A stretch of 64,000 nt of DNA from Myxococcota bacterium (GTDB lineage Bacteria; Myxococcota_A; UBA9042). Both the position numbers and the translations under genes were made by a program. The first letter of the stretch is position 1. Each line of letters starts with the position of its first letter. The notes below the pieces were generated by a model. It worked only from the letters and a program-made list of their open reading frames with translations, made no database searches and had not been told where the DNA came from. Location of the stretch: contig CAXNCS010000002.1 in NCBI GenBank assembly GCA_964201005.1, positions 78,773-142,772 of the forward strand. Direction: 5' to 3'. This document shows, one piece after another, positions 35,576 through 44,416 of the stretch.

Positions 35576-38500
35576 TCAAGCGCCGTGAGCTGCCTCATCC
35601 GCGGTCATGTGGCATTTCTTATACTTTTGGCCGCTGCCGCACCAGCACGGATCGTTGCGGCCGATCTTGGGGCGATCGCGGCGGAACGTCTCGGGCTTGG
35701 CGTGATCGCCGGCCGGTTCTGCCAAGGCCGCAAAGGACTCGTCGTCGGCCAGTTCAGGCGGCAACGCGGCTTGGGCGGCCGCCTGGGTGCGCTGCTGCGT
35801 CGCCGCGGCCGATTGCACCGGTTCCACCGCGCCGGCACCGTTAGCCGCGGCTACCGCGACCGACTTGCGCGCCGCATAAGCCTGCACCGCCGCAGAAGCT
35901 TTCTGCTGCATCCGCTCCGCGCGCTTCTGCAGCTGGGCGATCTTCTCCGGGGCCATTTGCGCCAGCTGGGCCTGCATCTGGGCCTGCATTTGCGCTTGGA
36001 TCGCCTCCATGCGCGCTTGGGCCGCCTCTGGGCCCTCGTGCTCGACCGCTTGATCGTGCAGGCTGGCGGTCTCGTGCTGCTCCTGCATCGCCTGGCGGGC
36101 CTTGGCGCGGCGCAACTCAGCCTGCTTGCGCAACTGCTCCACTTCCGCCGCGGATTTGACCTCGACCTGGAACATCTGCTCGACCAGCTGGATCTCAATG
36201 CGCTCGATCATCTGCTTGAACAGCTCATAGCCCTGCTTCTTGTAGATGAGCTTGGGATCCTTTTGCGCGTAAGCCTCTAGATACACGCCTTCTTTGAGGC
36301 CATCCATGATGCGCAGGTGCTCGCGCCAGTGGGTGTCGATGCCGCGCAGATACGCTTCGCGCTCGTAGTAGACCCACTGCTGCTCGGCCTGCTCCTTGGC
36401 CGCCGCTTCGCCCTCCGCGGACTCGTCGTGATCCATCGTGTGCAGAATCTGATCGACCAGCCGCTCGCGCCGCTCCGTGTACTCGCGCGCCAGGTGCTTC
36501 TCAATGCTGCGCTGCAGGGTCTCAAAGTCGCGCGGCACATCGGTCAGGTCGATGTCTTCCTTGAACAATTGGTCCAGCTCATCTTCCAGGTCCTCGAGCT
36601 TCCAATCGAGCGCGTTGGTCCCCTGCGGGCAGAAGCGGTCGACCAGGCGGAACACCACCTCGCTCAGCGCGCCCTGCACAAGGTCCGCGGTGGTTTGCGC
36701 CGACAACACCTTGCGCCGCAGCGCGTAGATCGCCTTGCGCTGCAGGTTCATCACGTCGTCGTACTCGAGCACGTTCTTGCGCGAGTCAAAGTGCTGACCT
36801 TCCAAGCGCTTTTGCGCGTCGCCGATGGCGTTGGTCACCGAGCTGGCGATGATCGGCTCGTCTTCCGGAATGCGCAGAAACTCCATGATCTTGCGGACGC
36901 GATCGCCGCCAAAGATGCGCATGAGGTCGTCGTCCAGCGACAGATAGAACTGCGACTCGCCCGGATCGCCCTGACGGCCCGCGCGGCCGCGCAGCTGGTT
37001 GTCGATGCGCCGCGACTCATGGCGCTCGGTGCCCAGGATCAGCAAGCCACCGGCAGCCAAGACCTTTTGCTTCTCTTCTGCGCACTGCACCTTGAGCCGG
37101 GCCAGCGCTTCCACGTACTGGGGATCGTGCTCGTCAAAAGCTTCGTGGACACGGCCGCCGCCAAAAACCTCTGAGCGGGCCAACAATTCCGGATTGCCGC
37201 CGAGCAGAATGTCCGTGCCGCGACCCGCCATGTTGGTCGAGATGGTCACCGCGCCGAGCCGACCGGCCTGGGCGACGATATCGGCCTCGCGGGCGTGCTG
37301 CTTGGCATTGAGAACGTTATGCGGAATGCCCACTTCCTTGAGCAGGTCGGCGAGGAACTCGGATTTTTCGACCGAGATGGTGCCCACCAGGACCGGCTGG
37401 CCCTTCTCATTGGCTTCCTTAATGTGCTCAATAACTTGCTTGAACTTGGCCCTCTCGGTCTTGTAGACCACGTCTTCGTGATCGACGCGCTGGATATTGC
37501 GGTTGGTCGGGATCACCAGGCAGTCCAGCTTGTAGATGTTGCTGAACTCCTCCGCCTCGGTCTCCGCGGTGCCGGTCATGCCGCAGAGCTTCTCGTACAT
37601 ACGGAAATAGTTCTGGAAAGTCACCGTCGCCAGGGTCTGCGACTCCTCTTGGACCTTGACGCCTTCCTTCGCCTCAATCGCCTGGTGAATGCCGTCCGAC
37701 CAGCGCCGACCGGGCATCTTGCGGCCGGTGTGCTCGTCAATGATGACGATTTTGCCCTCTTCGATCAGGTAGTTGACCCCAAAGCGGAACAGCGTATGGG
37801 CCTTGAGCGCCGCGTGGATGTAGTGCACCCAGTGCATGTGCTCGGCGTCGTAGAGGTTGCCGATCTTCAGCCGCGCCTCGACCTTGTCTACCCCCGACTC
37901 CGTCAGCGACACAGAATGGGCTTTCTCATCGGTGATGTAGTCGAGATCGCGCTTGAGGAAAGCCACGATCGCATTGGCGCGGATGTACGGCTCGGTGGTG
38001 TCTTCGCCGCGGCCGGAGATGATGAGCGGGGTGCGCGCTTCGTCGATGAGGATCGAGTCCACTTCGTCGACGATCGCAAAGTGCAGCAGCTTGTCGGCCT
38101 TGGCGTCGTGGGCGGTGGGCAGGTAGCGGTGCACGTACTCGTCAAGCGAATACTTCATGTTATCGCGGAGATAATCGAAGCCCAGCTCGTTGTTCTGGCC
38201 ATAGGTGATGTCCGACATGTAGGCGCCGCGGCGCTTCCACTCGTCGACATTGGTGGTGACCACGCCGGTCGACAGGCCCAAGAAGCCGTAGACCTTGCCC
38301 ATCCACTCGCCGTCGCGTTGGGCGAGGTAATCGTTGACCGTGACGACGTGAACCCCTTTGCCGGTCAAGGCGTTGAGGTACGCCGGCAGGGTCGCCACCA
38401 AGGTCTTGCCTTCGCCGGTGCGCATTTCCGAGATGGTCCCGCGGTGCAGCGCGATACCGCCGATCATCTGCACGTCGTAGTGGCGCTGGCCCAGGGTGCG

Positions 38501-38728
38501 CCAAGCCGCTTCGCGGGTGACGGCAAACGCCTCTGGCAAAATGTCATCCAGCGTGGCGCCGCGAGAGAGTTTTTCCTTAAAGGTCGCGGTCATGGCGCGC
38601 AAGGCGTCATCGTCCATCGCCTTAAAGCGCGGCTCCAGGGCCCCGATCTGCTCGACCACCGGGCGGATTTTCTTGAGTTCGCGCTCGTTCTTGGTGCCGA
38701 ACGCTTTGGCCAGGAGCTTTTGCCACAT
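35576..38728 (-). CDS. secA: Preprotein translocase ATPase SecA with an extended C-terminal linker
   Basis: Canonical SecA N-terminus ([20 protein letters not shown]), DEAD-like motor motifs and the C-terminal zinc-binding [13 protein letters not shown]. Confidence 0.97.
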   Translation of the reverse strand: MWQKLLAKAFGTKNERELKKIRPVVEQIGALEPRFKAMDDDALRAMTATFKEKLSRGATLDDILPEAFAVTREAAWRTLGQRHYDVQMIGGIALHRGTISEMRTGEGKTLVATLPAYLNALTGKGVHVVTVNDYLAQRDGEWMGKVYGFLGLSTGVVTTNVDEWKRRGAYMSDITYGQNNELGFDYLRDNMKYSLDEYVHRYLPTAHDAKADKLLHFAIVDEVDSILIDEARTPLIISGRGEDTTEPYIRANAIVAFLKRDLDYITDEKAHSVSLTESGVDKVEARLKIGNLYDAEHMHWVHYIHAALKAHTLFRFGVNYLIEEGKIVIIDEHTGRKMPGRRWSDGIHQAIEAKEGVKVQEESQTLATVTFQNYFRMYEKLCGMTGTAETEAEEFSNIYKLDCLVIPTNRNIQRVDHEDVVYKTERAKFKQVIEHIKEANEKGQPVLVGTISVEKSEFLADLLKEVGIPHNVLNAKQHAREADIVAQAGRLGAVTISTNMAGRGTDILLGGNPELLARSEVFGGGRVHEAFDEHDPQYVEALARLKVQCAEEKQKVLAAGGLLILGTERHESRRIDNQLRGRAGRQGDPGESQFYLSLDDDLMRIFGGDRVRKIMEFLRIPEDEPIIASSVTNAIGDAQKRLEGQHFDSRKNVLEYDDVMNLQRKAIYALRRKVLSAQTTADLVQGALSEVVFRLVDRFCPQGTNALDWKLEDLEDELDQLFKEDIDLTDVPRDFETLQRSIEKHLAREYTERRERLVDQILHTMDHDESAEGEAAAKEQAEQQWVYYEREAYLRGIDTHWREHLRIMDGLKEGVYLEAYAQKDPKLIYKKQGYELFKQMIERIEIQLVEQMFQVEVKSAAEVEQLRKQAELRRAKARQAMQEQHETASLHDQAVEHEGPEAAQARMEAIQAQMQAQMQAQLAQMAPEKIAQLQKRAERMQQKASAAVQAYAARKSVAVAAANGAGAVEPVQSAAATQQRTQAAAQAALPPELADDESFAALAEPAGDHAKPETFRRDRPKIGRNDPCWCGSGQKYKKCHMTADEAAHGA

Positions 38729-38896
38729 GGAGATTCCTAAAGGTAGTCGCAGACGGGGAGCCGCATTGCGGAACGCAATAGGGTAGGATCGGAGACGCAG
38801 GTCCGCAAGGTGCTGGGCCGCGCCCTTGCCACAGCCTCCCTGAAGTCAGTACCGTTACCAGCAAAGACCCCTCAGAACCGCGCCAAGGAATAGCCC

Positions 38897-41800
38897 ATGC
38901 TTCACAACCGCTTGACCTCGACGCAGCTGCCCGGGGGGCACAGGTCTCCGCCCATCGCGGGCATTGCGCTGCGCCGACACCGCGCGCTGGGGCTCGCGCT
39001 GACCAGTTTGGTAGCGACCATGATCAGCGGCTGCGAGCTCTTGGGGATCGGCGACGAGCCGCCCAAGAAAGACACAGCGGTCGTCGATCCCTGTGATCTG
39101 GAACCGTATCTGGAGGGCTGTCCGTGCTTTGACGACCCGGCCCAGGATTTTTGCCCCGACCCGTGCTCGCTGGAACCCCCGGCGGCGCAGTGTGTCGATG
39201 GTGCGGGCGGCGATGCGCTGCAAGATGGCGCCGATACAGCGGATACTGCCGCGGATGCCAAGCCCGACACCAAGCCGGATGTGAAGCCCGATACCAAGGA
39301 TGGCGGCGGCCAAGATGGAGACCTGGGCCCAGAGGTGTCGATCGACGCTGAGGAAACCGCGGATGCAGACGACGCTGCGGACCCGGATCAGGCCGACGGC
39401 GAGGTAGAAGAAGACGCCCAGGTGGTCGACGTGCCGGCCGACCTCGGCGACGGCGGCGGTGGCGCGGACAGTTTTGACGCCAGTGTCGATCTGGGCCCCA
39501 CGCCGCTGCCCGACACGTGGATCCTCAGCGATGGCGCGGTGATCGCCGTGCCTCCAGAGGCGCAGTGGGACACCTGGCAGGGCGACGGCGGCGACACCGG
39601 CAAGAACGGCGGCGCGCTCTACTTGCCCGACGGCCTGGTGATCCCGGTGGCCGGCCCAGGCGACGGCTGCCAAAGCGACGGCGAATGCGTGGGACCGCCC
39701 AAGAACTGCCAGGCCTTGGTGTGCCTAGCCGCCAAAGCTGGAGGAGCAAAAACCTGCCAGTACGCACCCTTGCAGGAGGGCCTGGCCTGCAGCGACGGCA
39801 ATGCCTGCACCGACGGCGACAGCTGCCAGGCCGGCGAGTGCAAGGGCTGGGCCAAGATCTGCGCCGACAAGGACTCCAACCTCTGCACCATCAGCAGCTG
39901 CGATCCCAGCAAGGGCTGCGTGGTGACCAACGCGGCCAACGACACGCCGTGCAACGACGGCAACAGCTGCACCGACGCAGACAGCTGCTTTTACGGCAAG
40001 TGCAAGCCGGGATCGGTCAACAAGTGCGAGTGCACCAAGACCTCTGACTGCCTGGCTTTTGACGACGGCAACCTGTGCAACGGCGAGGTCAAGTGCATCG
40101 CCGGCACCTGCATGACCGACAGCAACAGCGTGCAATGGTTTGACAAAGTCGCCAACCTGCTCTGCGATCCCAGCGGCGACAAGCCGTGCGTGACCAACCT
40201 CTGCAACCCCAAGAACGGCCAGTGCCAAATGACGCCCAGCCCCGCGGCGAGCGCCTGCAGCGACGGCGACGCCTGCACCCTGGGCGACGGCTGCCAGGGC
40301 GGCCAGTGCCTCCCCAGCGGCGGCCCGCGCAGTTGCGATGACAAAAATCTATGCACGACAGACAGTTGCGACTCCAAGAAGGGCTGCCTGCACAAGCCCG
40401 CGACCTACCTGTGCGACGACGGCGATCCCTGCACCAGCGGCGATTTGTGCAGCGGCGGACAGTGCAAAGGCGAGCCGCAAAGCAGCTGCAGCTGCGCGAA
40501 CGATGGCGACTGCGCCGGCAAGAACGATGCCAACTTGTGCAACGGCCAGCTCAAATGCGTCCAGGGCAGCTGCCGAATTGACCCGGCCACCGTGGTGACC
40601 TGCGCCGACGGCGGAGCGTGCGCCAGCTCAAGCTGCGACACTGCCACAGGAAAGTGCAGTACAACCCATGTTCAAGCGGGCCTACCGTGCCAGGATGGCA
40701 GCGCGTGCACCCAGGCCGACCAGTGCGACGGCCAGGGCGCGTGCAAGGGCAAGATCGCCACGGTGTGTGACGACGGCAACCCGTGCACGGCTGACGCCTG
40801 TTCCGCGGTCAACGGCTGCGTCAGCGCGATCACCAGTGGCGCTTGCGACGACGGCGACGCCTGCAGCGCTGCAGATGTCTGCGCGAACGGCCAGTGCCAG
40901 CCCGGGGCCAATGTGTGCGCGTGCAGCAAGGACGACGACTGCGCCAAGGTGGGCGGGCTCGACAAGTGCAAGGGCCTGTGGACCTGCGACACGGCCAACG
41001 GCAGCTGCGAGTACGATCCCTCCAAGGCAGTCAAGTGCAGCGGCGACGGAAAAAATCCTTGCACGATAACGGCTTGCCAGCCAAGCACCGGCCAGTGCGC
41101 CAGCAGCAGCTTGGCCAAAGATACCCCCTGCGACGACGGCTTGTACTGCACGGTCTTGGACCGCTGCGGCCCCGGCGGTTGCTCAGGCGACGCCAATCCC
41201 TGCAGCGACGGCTTGGCCTGCACGGCGGACAGCTGCAAAGAGGACGCGCCGACCACCGCCGAAGCGTGCACCCACGACGCCGCCGTCTTGGAGAAACTGC
41301 CCTGCAGCGACGGTTCGCTCTGCACCAGCGGCGACGCGTGTGTCAGCGGCTATTGTGTCGGCACACCGGGGAGTTGCGATGACAAGAACCCGTGCACCGT
41401 GGACGCCTGCGACATGCTGCTCGGCTGCACCTACTTGGCGGCGGAGAAGGCCACCGCGTGCAGCGACGGCAACGCGTGCACCGGCGACCCCGCCAAAGGC
41501 TCGACTTTTGTTCAGGACGGCTGTGACGGCTTTGGCAAGTGCGCCGCCGGCGAGGCCAAAGTGTGCGGCTCGGACAATCCGTGCGTAGAAATTCCGTGCA
41601 ATCCCACGGCTGTAGACGTTCAGCCGGGCACGCCCTTGGGCTGCGAGCAAAAGAAGCTGCTGGACGGCAAGAGCTGCGACGACGGCAACGCCTGTACCAA
41701 CAATGACTTGTGCCAGGTCGGCCTGTGTGCACCGGGCACGGAGACCTCCTGCGACGACGGCAACAGCTGCACCACCGACGGCTGCGAGGCCAAGAGCGGC

Positions 41801-44302
41801 TGCAGCCACGCGAATTCGACGGCGCCGTGCAGCGATCAGGACCCCTGCACGGACAAGGATGCGTGCAACGGCGGCGCCTGCAAAGGCGTTCCTGCCACCT
41901 GCGACGACGAAAACGTCTGCACGGCGGATAGTTGCGATCCCAAGGCCGGCCTGGTGGATGGCTGCGTCCACAAGGCGGCCCAGGGCGATTGTGGCAACTT
42001 TGCCGCCTGTTCCAGCGCCGACGTGCCGCAGTGCGCCTTTAAGGCCGGCCACTTGGTCATCAGCGAAGTCTATGTAGGCGTGCCCGGGGACCCGAGCGAT
42101 GACTGGGTAGAGATCCACAATCCGACCAATCAGTTCGCCAAGCTCGATGAGCTGCAGCTGGAGGCGAGGCCGGTCGACGCGGAGGTCAAAGCGGCGTGGA
42201 AGGTGTTGGCCAAAGGCAAGTCCGGGGTGCTGCTGGCGCCCAAGGGCTATGCGCTGTTTGCGGCGAGCGCGGTGCTCCAAGGCGGCGTGGTGGCGGACAC
42301 GGTGGCGGCCGAGCTGAACCTGGCCCTGCCGCTGAGCAATCCGCCCGGAACCGCCGACTGCTTTGTCGACAGCCTGCGCCACCTGCAGCTGCGCCTGCGC
42401 GATCCGCTCCACCAGCTGGAGCACGACCGCCTCGCCTGGGATGACGGCCAAGCCCAGAGCCTGCCTAAGGAATTGCAGCCGGTGGACGCAAGTGCCGAGC
42501 TGTGGCCGGCGTTTACCTCCATTGAGCGCAAAGCCAGCGGATCGTCCGACGTCAACTCCATGTACCCCCACAAAGCCGAGTGGTTGGCCGGCAATGCCGA
42601 GGACAGCGGCGTGGACAGCGACGACTTCTTGGTGCGGTGGTGGCCGGAGCCGCAGTCGCAAGCCAGTGGCAAGTTTGAGCCAGCGTGTGGCGGACTTTGC
42701 CCCTTGACCAAGATCTGCAACTTTAAGGTTGGTGCCGATACCTGCGTAGACGATGGCGAATGCAAGTCTTTTGGCGCCAGCGCGGCGGCAGCGTGTGGCC
42801 CGGGCAAGGTCTGCGGCGCCGGCCTGTCTCAATGCCTGGCCGATCCCCAGGGAACCGTGGTGATCAGCGAGGTTTTCTTTGGCGACAGCGGCGAGCAATT
42901 TGTCGAGCTGTACAACGCCTCGGCCAAGACCATCGGCGTGGGTGGCTGGAAGCTGCAGCGAAAAAACCCAGAGAATGAGCAGTACTTGCCGTGGATCAAC
43001 ACCTTGGCGACCCTGCCCGCAGGTACGGTGCTGCCGGCCAAGCGCTATTTGCTCATCGGCACGCAGCAGTGGGCCCGCACCCACGGCCAGACCGACGTGG
43101 TCGTGCCGGTCGCGATGGTGGATCAGGGCGGCGGCGCGCTGCGGCTGTGGGATCCGGCGAGCGACGCAGAGGTCGACCTGCTAGGTTGGGGCAACGCCAA
43201 GGCTTTTTCCAACGCCTCGACCGGCGGCATCTACAAAGCGGCCGCGGCGCCCAAGCTGGGGCAATCGCTGGAGCGCAAGGCCAAGTCGGCCTCGACCAGC
43301 GGCAGCATGAGCCCCGGGGGCGGCGACGATCTGCAGGGCAATGGCGCCGATACCTCCAATGACGGTGCGGACTTTGTGATCAACGACCCGTCGCCCCAGA
43401 CCTTTGGCGCAGCGGTGTTTGAGCCGGCTTGCGGCGGCAGTTGCGCGGCGGGCCTGGTGTGCAACTACCTGATTGGCGGGGGTCAGGCCTGTGTCGACCC
43501 GCTGTGCGGCGTGCCTTGCGACCTGGGGCTGGGCTGCAACCCGGTCAGCGGCGTGTGCGATCTGCGGCTGCTGGTGGCAGAGGTGGCCACGGACGGCCTG
43601 CAGGCCAAGGACCAGAACGGCGTGGCGATGTCGCCGGCCAACAACGAGTATGTGGTGCTGTATAATCCGTCGCCTAGCTCGATCATGCTGAGCAAAGTCG
43701 AGACGATCGGCGGCATCAAGACCACCACAGACGCGCTGATCTTGCAGGCCCAAGCCCTGGCGAGCACGAGCTGGGGCAAGCTGACCGACAACGATCTCAA
43801 GAAATTGCCTCTGAGCGGCAGTGTCGCCCCCTATTCCTACTACCTGGTGGCCCCTCCGTCCCACGATGCCTCGTTGCCCCTGCCCGACTACGTCAGCGCG
43901 ACTCCATTTGGCCTGGACGGCAACGTCGGCGCCGTGCGCATTGCCCGCCTCAACGGCACCTACCCCTGGGGCAGCGGCGAGCTGGACCGCGTGGCGTGGG
44001 GTGCGGCCAAGGCCAAAGACGGCGAAGGGAAAACCGCTGTAGAACCGCAGGTCTCCAAGACATGCGCTACGGGACAGGGCGGCGCAATCCGGCGTTTGGC
44101 CCAGGTTGGCAGCGCAGTACAGATCGCCGACCCGTTTAGCGGCGCCTTCTATGCGGGCGCAGGGCGCGACACCAACGACAATGGCGCCGACTGGGTGCGG
44201 GTGCCTCAGCGCCGGCCTCGTTCGCAAAAGTGCAGCCAGCCTGAGGATATTGGCGCCGGCAAGCCGTTCTGCGCGGGCTACCCCTTGGCGCAGCGGCCTT
44301 GA
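38897..44302 (+). CDS. Giant (1801-aa) lipoprotein: acidic tether, mixed Cys-rich modules, three lamin-tail (LTD) domains
   Basis: The lipobox is MISGC. A D/P/K-rich tether is followed by CxDGNxCT repeats interleaved with three ~40-aa CxC...DC...LCNG..KC modules. Three LTD-like modules sit at about 42050-42650, 42850-43400 and 43565-44215 (e.g. VVISEVFFGDSGEQFVELYNASAKTIGVGGWKL). They are separated by FEPACGG Cys linkers. Confidence 0.85.
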   Translation: MLHNRLTSTQLPGGHRSPPIAGIALRRHRALGLALTSLVATMISGCELLGIGDEPPKKDTAVVDPCDLEPYLEGCPCFDDPAQDFCPDPCSLEPPAAQCVDGAGGDALQDGADTADTAADAKPDTKPDVKPDTKDGGGQDGDLGPEVSIDAEETADADDAADPDQADGEVEEDAQVVDVPADLGDGGGGADSFDASVDLGPTPLPDTWILSDGAVIAVPPEAQWDTWQGDGGDTGKNGGALYLPDGLVIPVAGPGDGCQSDGECVGPPKNCQALVCLAAKAGGAKTCQYAPLQEGLACSDGNACTDGDSCQAGECKGWAKICADKDSNLCTISSCDPSKGCVVTNAANDTPCNDGNSCTDADSCFYGKCKPGSVNKCECTKTSDCLAFDDGNLCNGEVKCIAGTCMTDSNSVQWFDKVANLLCDPSGDKPCVTNLCNPKNGQCQMTPSPAASACSDGDACTLGDGCQGGQCLPSGGPRSCDDKNLCTTDSCDSKKGCLHKPATYLCDDGDPCTSGDLCSGGQCKGEPQSSCSCANDGDCAGKNDANLCNGQLKCVQGSCRIDPATVVTCADGGACASSSCDTATGKCSTTHVQAGLPCQDGSACTQADQCDGQGACKGKIATVCDDGNPCTADACSAVNGCVSAITSGACDDGDACSAADVCANGQCQPGANVCACSKDDDCAKVGGLDKCKGLWTCDTANGSCEYDPSKAVKCSGDGKNPCTITACQPSTGQCASSSLAKDTPCDDGLYCTVLDRCGPGGCSGDANPCSDGLACTADSCKEDAPTTAEACTHDAAVLEKLPCSDGSLCTSGDACVSGYCVGTPGSCDDKNPCTVDACDMLLGCTYLAAEKATACSDGNACTGDPAKGSTFVQDGCDGFGKCAAGEAKVCGSDNPCVEIPCNPTAVDVQPGTPLGCEQKKLLDGKSCDDGNACTNNDLCQVGLCAPGTETSCDDGNSCTTDGCEAKSGCSHANSTAPCSDQDPCTDKDACNGGACKGVPATCDDENVCTADSCDPKAGLVDGCVHKAAQGDCGNFAACSSADVPQCAFKAGHLVISEVYVGVPGDPSDDWVEIHNPTNQFAKLDELQLEARPVDAEVKAAWKVLAKGKSGVLLAPKGYALFAASAVLQGGVVADTVAAELNLALPLSNPPGTADCFVDSLRHLQLRLRDPLHQLEHDRLAWDDGQAQSLPKELQPVDASAELWPAFTSIERKASGSSDVNSMYPHKAEWLAGNAEDSGVDSDDFLVRWWPEPQSQASGKFEPACGGLCPLTKICNFKVGADTCVDDGECKSFGASAAAACGPGKVCGAGLSQCLADPQGTVVISEVFFGDSGEQFVELYNASAKTIGVGGWKLQRKNPENEQYLPWINTLATLPAGTVLPAKRYLLIGTQQWARTHGQTDVVVPVAMVDQGGGALRLWDPASDAEVDLLGWGNAKAFSNASTGGIYKAAAAPKLGQSLERKAKSASTSGSMSPGGGDDLQGNGADTSNDGADFVINDPSPQTFGAAVFEPACGGSCAAGLVCNYLIGGGQACVDPLCGVPCDLGLGCNPVSGVCDLRLLVAEVATDGLQAKDQNGVAMSPANNEYVVLYNPSPSSIMLSKVETIGGIKTTTDALILQAQALASTSWGKLTDNDLKKLPLSGSVAPYSYYLVAPPSHDASLPLPDYVSATPFGLDGNVGAVRIARLNGTYPWGSGELDRVAWGAAKAKDGEGKTAVEPQVSKTCATGQGGAIRRLAQVGSAVQIADPFSGAFYAGAGRDTNDNGADWVRVPQRRPRSQKCSQPEDIGAGKPFCAGYPLAQRP

Positions 44303-44416
44303 TCTGCGGGTCTGGCGAACGGCGTTGAAGCGGAGGCGGATGCCCGCTACTCTGGATAGGCGGCGCGTTGCGCGGGGAGCGGCGCGTTGGGTTTTTGGTC
44401 GATTGGGGGAGTCATC

